The notes under the pieces: model-generated | The model's database searches: none | Seen by the model: the letters and a program-made list of their open reading frames with translations, nothing else | Told to the model about the DNA's origin: nothing | Origin: Thermoactinomyces sp. | GTDB lineage: Bacteria; Bacillota; Bacilli; Thermoactinomycetales; Thermoactinomycetaceae | Direction: 5' to 3' | NCBI GenBank assembly: GCA_049587175.1 | Contig: JBAVDL010000074.1 | Coordinates: 34,118-98,117, forward strand | DNA length: 64,000 nt | Shown here: positions 19,238-27,774 of the stretch, piece by piece | Numbering within the stretch: position 1 is the first letter of the stretch | Layout: every line of letters starts with the position of its first letter | Program-made: the position numbers and the translations under genes

Positions 19238-20944
19238 ATGCTGAGGGAACTCGTTATTCGCCATTTTGCCATTATTGAAGAGGTACACTTGCAGTTTGAC
19301 TACGGGTTTCATGTTTTGACTGGCGAAACGGGCGCCGGGAAATCCATCCTTATCGATGCATTGGGTTTGATTATCGGCGGCAGGGCTTCAACCGATTTTG
19401 TCCGCCATGGGGAAGGGAAGGCGGAAATTGAAGCGGTGTTTGAACTGGAGCAAAGCCACCCTGCCCGTCCCTCTTTGCTGGAATGGGGCTTTGACGACGA
19501 GGATCTGGATCAGGTGATTGTTCGTCGGGAGATATCAGCGGCCGGAAAAAGTACCTGCCGGATCAACGGACGAATTGTCACTCTGGCATTGCTCAAAAAA
19601 ATTGGGCCTTTCCTGATTGATATTTCCGGGCAACATGAACACCAGTCCTTGTTGCATACCGATGAGCATTTGGAGTGGCTTGATCATTTTGGCGGCAAAG
19701 GCTTGCTTCGGTTACGCAAAGAATATGAACGAATTTACAAGACGTATGAGGAATTGCACCGTCAATTGGAGCAATTGCGGAAAAGCCAGCGTGATTTGGC
19801 TCGCCGTCTGGATCTGCTCAAATTTCAGGCTGATGAAATCGAATCTGCTTCGTTAACGCCCGGTGAAGACGAAGAATTGGAACAGGAACGAAACCGCCTG
19901 TCACACGCTGAAAAATTAATCATGCATGGTGCGCAGGCTTATGAAAGCCTGAACGGCGATCAAGGTGGCCTAAACCTGATCCAGGAAGCGATTTCCCATT
20001 TGGAACAGATTGCGGAAGTGGATAATTCATTGCAGAACATACTTGAACTTGCCCAGACTGCTTATTATCAACTGGAAGAAGTATCCCGTGCAATCGCTGT
20101 GTACAAGGATGATTTTGAATTTGATCCGGAACGTTTATATGAGGTAGAGGAAAGGCTGCATCTGATCAGGCAACTGAAACGCAAATACGGGGATCGGATT
20201 GAGGAAATTCTTGCCTATGGCAAGCAGGTTGAGAAGGAAATCCATGTGCTGGAAAATCATGAAGAAAAAGAAGCGGAGCTTGTACATAAACTGGATCAAC
20301 TGAGGGAACAATTGAAAAAGCTGGCATATCAGCTGACACAGGAACGGAAAAAAGCGGCTGTCCAGTTAAAAAACAGGGTGGAGGCAGAACTGAAGGATCT
20401 GAATATGGGTTCAACGGTTTTTCATGTTGCTTTTTTGCATGAGCCTCACCAGAAACAAAGGTTTTATTCCAACGGACAGGATAAAGTGGAATTCCAGATT
20501 GCTCCCAATCCGGGTGAACCGTTAAAACCTCTGGCCAGGATTGCTTCAGGAGGAGAATTGTCCCGCTTGATGCTGGCGCTCAAATGTATTTTTGCCGAAG
20601 TCGATCAGGTTCATACCCTGATTTTTGATGAAATCGATACCGGAGTCAGTGGGCGCACGGCTCAGGCCATTGCCGAAAAAATTGCCTTCCTGTCCCGGAA
20701 GTACCAGGTGCTTTGTGTAACACACTTGCCCCAGGTGGCTTGCATGGCAGACTGTCATCTGTATATTTCAAAAGAAGTGTTGCAAGCCAAGACCCGAACT
20801 CGAGTGGAAAAACTGGACAGGGAAGGACGGACATTGGAATTGGCCCGTATGCTTGGCGGGGTGGAAGTTACCAGTACGACCCTTAATCATGCGCGGGAAA
20901 TGCTTCGGCTGGCTGATGAAGCCAAGAAAAAACGGGCAGAGTAG
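19238..20944 (+). CDS. recN: DNA repair protein RecN
   Basis: 568 aa, Walker A GETGAGKSI, coiled-coil middle, SGGELSR signature. Confidence 0.95.
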   Translation: MLRELVIRHFAIIEEVHLQFDYGFHVLTGETGAGKSILIDALGLIIGGRASTDFVRHGEGKAEIEAVFELEQSHPARPSLLEWGFDDEDLDQVIVRREISAAGKSTCRINGRIVTLALLKKIGPFLIDISGQHEHQSLLHTDEHLEWLDHFGGKGLLRLRKEYERIYKTYEELHRQLEQLRKSQRDLARRLDLLKFQADEIESASLTPGEDEELEQERNRLSHAEKLIMHGAQAYESLNGDQGGLNLIQEAISHLEQIAEVDNSLQNILELAQTAYYQLEEVSRAIAVYKDDFEFDPERLYEVEERLHLIRQLKRKYGDRIEEILAYGKQVEKEIHVLENHEEKEAELVHKLDQLREQLKKLAYQLTQERKKAAVQLKNRVEAELKDLNMGSTVFHVAFLHEPHQKQRFYSNGQDKVEFQIAPNPGEPLKPLARIASGGELSRLMLALKCIFAEVDQVHTLIFDEIDTGVSGRTAQAIAEKIAFLSRKYQVLCVTHLPQVACMADCHLYISKEVLQAKTRTRVEKLDREGRTLELARMLGGVEVTSTTLNHAREMLRLADEAKKKRAE

Positions 20945-21061
20945 AATTTGTGTCTCGGCAACATTGCTGTTTGAAAGCGGCGTTAAACCCGTTTGCGCTG
21001 TATACCCTGGCAAGAAGGATTTGGAAGCATGCATCAGATGAACAGCTTTTGGCCTTTAACC

Positions 21062-21097
21062 GATGTGTTAAAGGCTTTTTGTTTTTTGGAAAACAGG
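21062..21097 (+). terminator. Intrinsic terminator downstream of recN
   Basis: GCCTTTAAC 21062-70 pairs with GTTAAAGGC 21077-85, followed by TTTTTGTTTTTT. Confidence 0.65.
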
Positions 21098-21205
21098 ATC
21101 ATATACAGGATGAATTTGTTGGACATAAAAGCAGGGAGAGGAGGTTAACTTAATAGTAAGCTGCACCTTTCAAACGGCGAAAGGAAAGGCGGGAAGCTCA
21201 GGAGA

Positions 21206-22693
21206 GTGGTAAGATTGCAAAGACAAGGGAAGCAAAAATGGTTTGGTTTTCTCCTGGTGCTTCTCCTCATAATGGGAAGTACTACCAATGCTTTTCAACA
21301 GTTTACCCAGTTTCCACAGGAAATCCGGCTTTTTCAGGGTGAGTGGAAACAATTGCATTTGTCAATACCGGCTACTGCGGATGTGTCGGATCCCGGCATC
21401 CTGCACATAGACGGATCGGATCAGACGCAAAACCTGAAAAATCTTCGCCATTCCTTCACTTTATTTACCAAAACTGCAGGCAAGACCTGGCTTACAGTAA
21501 AATTGTTCGGTACCCTCCCGATTAAAAAAGTACAAATTCAGGTCTATCCCCGGTTAAAGGTTATTCCCGGCGGCCAATCCATAGGTGTCAAGCTGCACTC
21601 AAAAGGAGTGATTGTTGTCGGGCATCACCGTGTGCAAACGGGTGGTTACAAAGTAAAATCACCCGCCGAAACCGCAGATATACGTGTAGGGGATTACCTG
21701 ATTGAACTGAATGGCCAAGCGGTACGCCGGGTCCAGGATGTTTCCAATATTGTGGAAAAATCAGGAACGAAACCGATCCGTGTAACACTGCTGCGCGACG
21801 GGAAAAGGAAAATAACCACAATTCAGGCTGTGCGGGATGTAAAAGATCATTGTTACCGTCTGGGGTTGTACATTCGTGATTCAGCAGCCGGTGTGGGAAC
21901 TCTTACTTTTTTTGATCCAAAACAGCATGTTTATGGGGCATTGGGACATGTCGTTACCGATCTGGATACAGGTCACCCCATTTTGGTTGGAGATGGGAAA
22001 ATTGTCAAATCCAATGTGACATCGATCCAAAAAGGGGAATCGGGAGAACCGGGTGAAAAAAGAGCGATTTTCTTCCAGGAAAATCAGGTGTTAGGGAATA
22101 TCAAGCAGAATACCCCATTCGGGATTTTTGGCCAAATGGAAAAAGCACCGGATAACGGCAAATTTGACAAGCCTATCCCGATTGCTCTGGCGGAGCAGGT
22201 AAAAGAAGGGCCGGCCAAAATCCTGACAGTGGTTGAGGGACAGAAAGTGGAGGAATACGATATTGAAATTGTGCACGTCATCAAGCAAAAGTATCCGGCA
22301 ACCAAAGGCTTGATCATCCGAGTGACCGATCCGCGTTTATTAAAGAAAACAGGTGGTATTGTACAAGGAATGAGTGGAAGTCCGATTATCCAGGATGGCA
22401 AACTGATTGGCGCCGTTACCCATGTTTTTGTTAATGATCCAACTTCGGGATATGGAACATTTATTGAATGGATGTTGCAAGACGCAGGGGTTATTCAATC
22501 CACAGCGGCTACGAATGATCGTAGCCGCTTTTTTTACAGCCCGATTTTAGGAACTTGCCTTTTTAAGCGAACAACTGCTTTGCTCTTTCCAGTCGTTGTA
22601 AAAGGAAGCATTGATAAAAGCAAACAATGGGACAAACAACATATTGACAAACATTACTACCAGGGCGATCACGAGATAGCGGTCGGTGATTAA
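21206..22693 (+). CDS. spoIVB: SpoIVB peptidase (S55); the annotated 3' end is suspect
   Basis: Signal/TM segment, PDZ region, catalytic-serine motif GMSGSPII...THVFVNDP. Start is GTG 21206 or TTG 21215. The frame stays open through its own terminator hairpin to 22693 (see findings). Confidence 0.85.
   Translation: MVRLQRQGKQKWFGFLLVLLLIMGSTTNAFQQFTQFPQEIRLFQGEWKQLHLSIPATADVSDPGILHIDGSDQTQNLKNLRHSFTLFTKTAGKTWLTVKLFGTLPIKKVQIQVYPRLKVIPGGQSIGVKLHSKGVIVVGHHRVQTGGYKVKSPAETADIRVGDYLIELNGQAVRRVQDVSNIVEKSGTKPIRVTLLRDGKRKITTIQAVRDVKDHCYRLGLYIRDSAAGVGTLTFFDPKQHVYGALGHVVTDLDTGHPILVGDGKIVKSNVTSIQKGESGEPGEKRAIFFQENQVLGNIKQNTPFGIFGQMEKAPDNGKFDKPIPIALAEQVKEGPAKILTVVEGQKVEEYDIEIVHVIKQKYPATKGLIIRVTDPRLLKKTGGIVQGMSGSPIIQDGKLIGAVTHVFVNDPTSGYGTFIEWMLQDAGVIQSTAATNDRSRFFYSPILGTCLFKRTTALLFPVVVKGSIDKSKQWDKQHIDKHYYQGDHEIAVGD
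22504..22536 (+). terminator. Canonical intrinsic terminator lying inside the open spoIVB frame
   Basis: Perfect 10-bp stem AGCGGCTACG 22504-13 / CGTAGCCGCT 22520-29, 6-nt loop, then T7 (22530-36). Confidence 0.8.
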
Positions 22694-23242
22694 AAAGGCA
22701 AGCATTTGGGCAACCCATTCGATCGCCCACTCAACCACTGCAAAACCGAAAATAATCGCGAACAGTTTCCAAAAATTTTTCTTGCCAAACTGAAACGCCA
22801 ATTTGAAGGCTTGCCACCATTTTTTCTTTTCCAAAATGACGACATACGGGAAAGTATAGAACAGAACCATGAATATCAACCCCGGGATGATAAAAAGAAA
22901 TGTCCCGGTCGTGACCCCAAGGGTGTAGATCACTCCCATTACAAACACCATAAATCCGTATTCCCAGAAGCTTCCATAAACTGTGGCAAAGTCAATGTAT
23001 TCCCTTTTTTTGTAACACTCCAGCATTTTAATAAATGGAATTTGCACCACTGAGGTAGCCAGCAGTATATTGATTCCATAAAACATTTCAGCCACATAGA
23101 TTTGCGTTGAACCATAGTATGTATAAAAATAGTTGTTGATCATCAGACAAAGGAATTGCACCGGAAATACCACGAGCAGGCCAAGCAACAGAATCTTGCC
23201 AAACTCTTCCCGATACAATTGCAGCGAATCACGGATCAGCAT
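22547..23242 (-). CDS. Polytopic membrane protein, unknown function (third gene of the cassette)
   Basis: 231 aa, about 6 TM helices rich in aromatic residues. SD aaaggagagg precedes the ATG, 20 nt after the upstream stop. Confidence 0.6.
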   Translation of the reverse strand: MLIRDSLQLYREEFGKILLLGLLVVFPVQFLCLMINNYFYTYYGSTQIYVAEMFYGINILLATSVVQIPFIKMLECYKKREYIDFATVYGSFWEYGFMVFVMGVIYTLGVTTGTFLFIIPGLIFMVLFYTFPYVVILEKKKWWQAFKLAFQFGKKNFWKLFAIIFGFAVVEWAIEWVAQMLAFLITDRYLVIALVVMFVNMLFVPLFAFINASFYNDWKEQSSCSLKKASS

Positions 23243-23262
23243 AAAGTCCTCTCCTTTTAAAC

Positions 23263-24090
23263 TTAACCTCTGGGGTTGCGGATTTTTTCGATCAATTTTT
23301 TTCGTGTTTGTTCTGTTGCTTTTTCTCTGGAAACATCAGCTTTAAATTTTTTATATTCAGCCAAGGTTGCCGAATCGGCGTTTAACCAACGATGAAATTT
23401 ATAAAGCCGCAAGTACAGAAACCATTTTTGCAAATCCGACAAAGGAATTGCTTTTCTTAATTTTTTTAGAAATTGTTTTCGTTCTTTTTTCGTTTCGATC
23501 TGTACTTCAAATTGTTTTTTCATAGTTTCCATCATTTGCAAGTGATTTTTGTCTACTTTTTTGAAATAATCTTTGGTCATAAGATAGTCGGTGGTTAATT
23601 CTCGATAAAGATCTTTTGCCTTTTCTACGATTTCTTTTAACTGATCTTGTGTTTCAAATATGACTTGTGGTATGGAACAAAATAACTCATATCCTTTTTT
23701 CAAATCTTTATCATCCGAAGCATGGACAAGTTCAGCAAATGACTCCAGAAGAGATTGTCCTTTCTTCCATATTTCCATTGGTCTTTGTGACCACTCTAAA
23801 CCATAAATAAATATATTTTCTAATTCTGCGTCTACAGTAGCGACGTAGTCTAGAATCTCAATAACGTTTTTGTGAATGGGGATATTTCCATTCTCATGGA
23901 TGATTAATATGCCGGTTAAATGATCTTCTCTGGGATAAAAACTGACATAATAGTATTTTTCATTATTGCATATGATTTTATGTGGAAATACATTATAGGT
24001 TTCTCCCTTTTTTACGTAAGAACGTGCTACCTTTTTGATCAATTCCGGCGGTTCAGGATTGGGATTAACTCTTAATTCTTCCAGGTTCAT
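23263..24090 (-). CDS. Hypothetical cytosolic protein, Lys/Glu-rich helical C-terminal half (second gene of the cassette)
   Basis: 275 aa with no TM segment. SD taggggg precedes the ATG, 17 nt after the upstream stop. Looks AT-rich by eye. I recognise no motif. Confidence 0.6.
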   Translation of the reverse strand: MNLEELRVNPNPEPPELIKKVARSYVKKGETYNVFPHKIICNNEKYYYVSFYPREDHLTGILIIHENGNIPIHKNVIEILDYVATVDAELENIFIYGLEWSQRPMEIWKKGQSLLESFAELVHASDDKDLKKGYELFCSIPQVIFETQDQLKEIVEKAKDLYRELTTDYLMTKDYFKKVDKNHLQMMETMKKQFEVQIETKKERKQFLKKLRKAIPLSDLQKWFLYLRLYKFHRWLNADSATLAEYKKFKADVSREKATEQTRKKLIEKIRNPRG

Positions 24091-24107
24091 CGATCTAACC
24101 CCCTATA

Positions 24108-25079
24108 TTAACCAAAAATTTTGTTCCAAGCTGATTTTACACCATTTATTGCTTTTTTAACTCCTTTTTTAATCCCCTCCCGATGGGTGTACAAAGCGCT
24201 TCCTGCCCACAATACCGTTCCTGCACCCATTAAAAAGACTCCCGGACCTGTGGGGCCCAATATTTGCCCTCCGGCAATCAGCATTTCGCCTACACTTCCA
24301 ACACCCTTGGCAATCGACTTATAGGCTTCATCAGAGTTATCAGCTTTAAAGGCATCCACAAAATTTTTGCCGGCATCAATGGCCGAGATCCCCAAACTGG
24401 CAAATCCCACTCCTTTGGCGAATTTGGTGACTGTTTTCAGGCTGCCAATCTTTTTCTGGATTTCGGCTTTCTGAAAGATTGATATTGTAGTCGATTCATT
24501 CATCCGTTGCAGCGTATTAATTTCTCTCAAAGTTTTATATTTGTTCCAGGCATCCAATGTTTTTTCTGCTCCGTCCCATGTATCGATTGCGATTTTTCCA
24601 ATGGAACCGTCCTGGAAATACAAGTTTCCCAACAGGGAGCGCGGCACTTTGACAAGAGAGGTATAAAGAATACCATTAGCATTGGGATTTTCCCATTGGC
24701 CGGTAATTATATCATAACGTGCTTCATTGTAGATATTGGGTTCAATGGCAGCGGCGGTGTCTGTTACAACATCCTTGGACATGAATTTCAATACATCCCA
24801 AATGCCCGGCCCGTCATCTTCCTTTGTCTCCTGTTTTGCGGGCTGTTTTTGATCTTTTGCTTGTATCTGTGTATTTGTACCATTTATTGGTTGATGCGGT
24901 TTTGGTTTCTCTCCTTCCTTTGGCTGATAGAAATCCTCGTTAATGGGAGGAGCATTGAAACTTCCTTCTCCTTCTGCAAAAACAACAAAGCCGGGTCCAA
25001 AGGAAATGCTTATGCTGACCAAAGCGATCAGAAAACCCATCATCCAGCGATAAATCGATTTTCTATTCATGCGCGTCAT
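24108..25079 (-). CDS. Secreted or anchored protein with Pro/Lys/Gln linker and C-terminal glycine-zipper-like hydrophobic region (first gene of the cassette)
   Basis: 323 aa. N-terminus MNRKSIYRWMMGFLIALVSISISFGPGFVVFAEG looks like a signal peptide. C-terminus GVGFASLGISAIDAG...GVGSVGEMLIAGGQILGPTGPGVFLMGAGTVLWAGSALY. No clear SD at either candidate start. Confidence 0.55.
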   Translation of the reverse strand: MTRMNRKSIYRWMMGFLIALVSISISFGPGFVVFAEGEGSFNAPPINEDFYQPKEGEKPKPHQPINGTNTQIQAKDQKQPAKQETKEDDGPGIWDVLKFMSKDVVTDTAAAIEPNIYNEARYDIITGQWENPNANGILYTSLVKVPRSLLGNLYFQDGSIGKIAIDTWDGAEKTLDAWNKYKTLREINTLQRMNESTTISIFQKAEIQKKIGSLKTVTKFAKGVGFASLGISAIDAGKNFVDAFKADNSDEAYKSIAKGVGSVGEMLIAGGQILGPTGPGVFLMGAGTVLWAGSALYTHREGIKKGVKKAINGVKSAWNKIFG

Positions 25080-25899
25080 GTCATATTTTTACGGAAAACC
25101 GGAAATTATCAATAAGTTTTGCCTGGGGTTCCCCTATGTATAAAATTGTTTTCCGTACCCTGTTCACCTTCCTTTTTGTCTGTTTGTTCATCAAAACGAC
25201 AATCCAAAGAGACAGACTGAACCATTGGTTCACCCTGTTAAATAAGTAAGTTCAATTTGTTTTTGCACTGCTGTGTTCCCGGTCATGGGTAACGTTGGAA
25301 AAATAAAGATAAAGGAATTATACCTGTATTTCAAATATTTTAACGCAAATATATTTGTACAAATTGTTAAAATTTTTATCCGTATTTAGCCAGATTTGTT
25401 TTCAAGCGGGGAATTATCTGATAAATAGAATAAATTTCATGGTCATCTTTGGTCATTTAGCAAATCAAACATGGGATTTATCCGCAATGAGAGAGAGAAA
25501 ACTTTTGAAAGAGAAGGCGGCAAAGAGATCGTTGCGATCCGGTACTAACAGAGTAGTAGCAGAAGGGGGAAATCAGGAAACAACGGGTATGGTGTTTTTT
25601 GGTATCCAATAAAGAAAACTTTTGCATAGAGTGCTGCTTCTATAAACAGAATTGATGCAATTATAATTTACAAAATGGAATTTATTATTTATCAAATTAA
25701 GTAAATGTAAACTGAAACAAAAATGTATTATGTTAAAAATGAATAGAAGAACGACTATTTTGGATAGATTTGAAGGAAAACCAATGATTTAACCCATAGA
25801 TGTTCCTTAATGGGTTTAAGCCGGTTTCACCGGGGAACATCCGGAGGAATACGGATTGCAAAGACCGGGGAAAGATGTTATTTTATGATCTGTTGTTCC

Positions 25900-25931
25900 G
25901 AAAAAAAACTGCTGTATAAAGTACAGCAGTT
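25900..25931 (-). terminator. Intrinsic terminator of the transporter gene
   Basis: ACTGCTGTA 25908-16 pairs with TACAGCAGT 25922-30. The plus-strand A-run 25901-07 gives a U-tract on the minus strand. It directly abuts the stop codon. Confidence 0.7.
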
Positions 25932-27205
25932 TAAGCGGCTTTACGGAGTTCCTCAATATATATTTGCGCTTTGTTTTCATTAAATTGTTTTTCCCATTTG
26001 GACATGACAACAGAAGCCAGTGAATTTCCCATTACGTTTACAACAGTACGCATCATGTCCATAATGCGGTCTACCCCGGCGATAAAGGCCAGTCCTTCTG
26101 GCGGAATGCCGACAACGTGCAAAGTCGCCATCAAGACAACGAAAGAAACACCTGGCACACCGGCAATTCCTTTTGAAGTAACCATTAAGGTAAGAAGCAA
26201 GGTGATTTGTTGGCTGATCGTCAAATCAATCCCGTACATTTGAGCGATAAAGATTGCAGCAATTGCCTGATACAGGGTGGAACCATCCAGATTAAACGAA
26301 TAGCCGGTCGGAATGACGAATGAAGTGATTGCTTTCGGGCATCCGTATCGTTCCATTTTCTCCATTAATTTCGGTAATACTGTCTCCGAGCTGGAAGTGG
26401 AATAAGCCAGAATCAATTCATCTTTTAAAATCCTCATTAAATGGAAAATATTGACACCAACTATTTTTGCAGTCAAGCCAAATATGACCACGACGAAAAA
26501 GATCATGGTTAAGTATACAAGAATAACCAGTTTACTGAGCGGAATCAACGATTCAATCCCAAATTTGGATACCGTTACACCGATTAGGGCAAATACGCCA
26601 AAAGGTGCAAATTTCATGATCAGATTGGTCATGTAAAACATGGCATCAGCTGTTGCCTGAAAAAAATTTAATACGGGTTTCCCTTTTTCACCAATTGCGG
26701 CAATGCTCAAACCGAACATGACAGAGAAAAAGATAATTGCCAGCATATCTCCATCAGTCATTGAACTGAATAAATTATCAGGAACAATATGAACAAAGGT
26801 ATCAACTATACTGTGACTTTCCACTTCTTTGGTAGTTTGTGAATATTGACTGATATCCGTTTGCTGGATAGCGTTCATGTCGATCCCGTTGCCAGGTTGA
26901 AATATGTTTGCTGCAAGCAATCCGACCAAAAGTGCTACCGTTGTAATGATTTCAAAATATAAAATTGTTTTTCCGCCAAGTTTGCCAAGCTTTTTAATAT
27001 CGCCTACTCCGGCAACACCGACAATAATACTGGAGACGACGATCGGAATAACGATCATTTTAATAAGACGTAGAAAAATATCGCCAATTGGCTGTAAAAT
27101 TCTTTCAACAGAGGGATTTCCAAAAAAAATAGCACCTACTGCAATCCCAAATATCAAACCGATAAAAATTTGCCATGCAAGGCTGATTTTCAGCTTTTTC
27201 ATCAA
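25931..27205 (-). CDS. Dicarboxylate/amino acid:cation symporter (DAACS, GltP/GltT-like)
   Basis: 424 aa. N-terminus MKKLKISLAWQIFIGLIFGIAVG and conserved core ...PTGYSFNLDGSTLYQ...AGVPG... are typical of the family. Substrate not assignable. Confidence 0.9.
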   Translation of the reverse strand: MMKKLKISLAWQIFIGLIFGIAVGAIFFGNPSVERILQPIGDIFLRLIKMIVIPIVVSSIIVGVAGVGDIKKLGKLGGKTILYFEIITTVALLVGLLAANIFQPGNGIDMNAIQQTDISQYSQTTKEVESHSIVDTFVHIVPDNLFSSMTDGDMLAIIFFSVMFGLSIAAIGEKGKPVLNFFQATADAMFYMTNLIMKFAPFGVFALIGVTVSKFGIESLIPLSKLVILVYLTMIFFVVVIFGLTAKIVGVNIFHLMRILKDELILAYSTSSSETVLPKLMEKMERYGCPKAITSFVIPTGYSFNLDGSTLYQAIAAIFIAQMYGIDLTISQQITLLLTLMVTSKGIAGVPGVSFVVLMATLHVVGIPPEGLAFIAGVDRIMDMMRTVVNVMGNSLASVVMSKWEKQFNENKAQIYIEELRKAA

Positions 27206-27399
27206 ATCACCTCACTATATAAATATACATAGCTTAGAATAATTATAGATGCTTTTGACATTTTTTTAATTAACAAAGTAAACAAGTGACAACTAACATC
27301 TTAAAATAATTTAAAATATAAATCAACCTTTATAATAATAATTTTATAACTTAGAATTTGATTTTTTTTCTAAATAGAATTTATATAAAGGTTTTGAAC

Positions 27400-27434
27400 T
27401 ATAAAAGGCACCGGGACAGTTTTTGCCCGGTGCC
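27400..27434 (-). terminator. Intrinsic terminator of the small SspM-like gene
   Basis: GGCACCGGG 27407-15 pairs with CCCGGTGCC 27426-34. A T-rich tract follows on the minus strand. Confidence 0.6.
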
Positions 27435-27442
27435 TATGCAGG

Positions 27443-27580
27443 TCAGGTAGATGGCCGGTCAGGCCCTTCCAGTTTTTTATCTCCGAAACCAGTTGCCGTT
27501 TCATTTTCAATTTTGTTTTGCGGAACAGGTTTATTTAATTTTTTCTTTTGGTTTAAGCTGGATGATGATTTTTTGTCCAT
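27443..27580 (-). CDS. Small hydrophilic protein, minor SASP SspM-like (45 aa; below the ORF-track cutoff)
   Basis: My translation: MDKKSSSSLNQKKKLNKPVPQNKIENETATGFGDKKLEGPDRPST. SD aaaggagcg lies 9 nt upstream and a terminator lies downstream. The C-terminus resembles B. subtilis SspM (...DKKLGGPNRPST) as I recall it. Confidence 0.5.
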   Translation of the reverse strand: MDKKSSSSLNQKKKLNKPVPQNKIENETATGFGDKKLEGPDRPST

Positions 27581-27704
27581 TCTTTACTTCGCTCCTTTCT
27601 ATTGATAATATGCTTCAAATTATATATTTATAAACGATTTTTCTTTTACTTTGTAAAGTGTTTTCCATATTATTGAAAAATATGAATTGGACGGAAAGCG
27701 GCAT

Positions 27705-27731
27705 GCAGGAAGTTTTAATTGTTTGTCGAAT
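27705..27731 (+). promoter_or_regulatory. Candidate sigma-H type spo0A promoter overlapping a 0A box
   Basis: GCAGGAAGT (27705-13) and CGAAT (27727-31) have AGGA-to-GAAT spacing of 21 nt, which fits the sigma-H consensus. TGTCGAA (27724-30) equals the Spo0A-box consensus. Located about 45 nt upstream of spo0A. Confidence 0.45.
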
Positions 27732-27774
27732 GGAAAATGTAAACTGTTTTTTGGACGATTAGGAGGTTCTTTCA

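Noticed and set aside
24507-25115. 202-aa + strand ORF opposite the exported-protein gene
   Set aside because: The product is Cys/Phe-rich with no SD. The minus frame has a signal peptide and is translationally linked to two downstream genes.
25355-25612. 85-aa + strand ORF in the AT-rich spacer upstream of the cassette
   Set aside because: TTG start without an SD, a low-complexity N-terminus, no terminator, and a location in presumed promoter DNA for the minus-strand operon.
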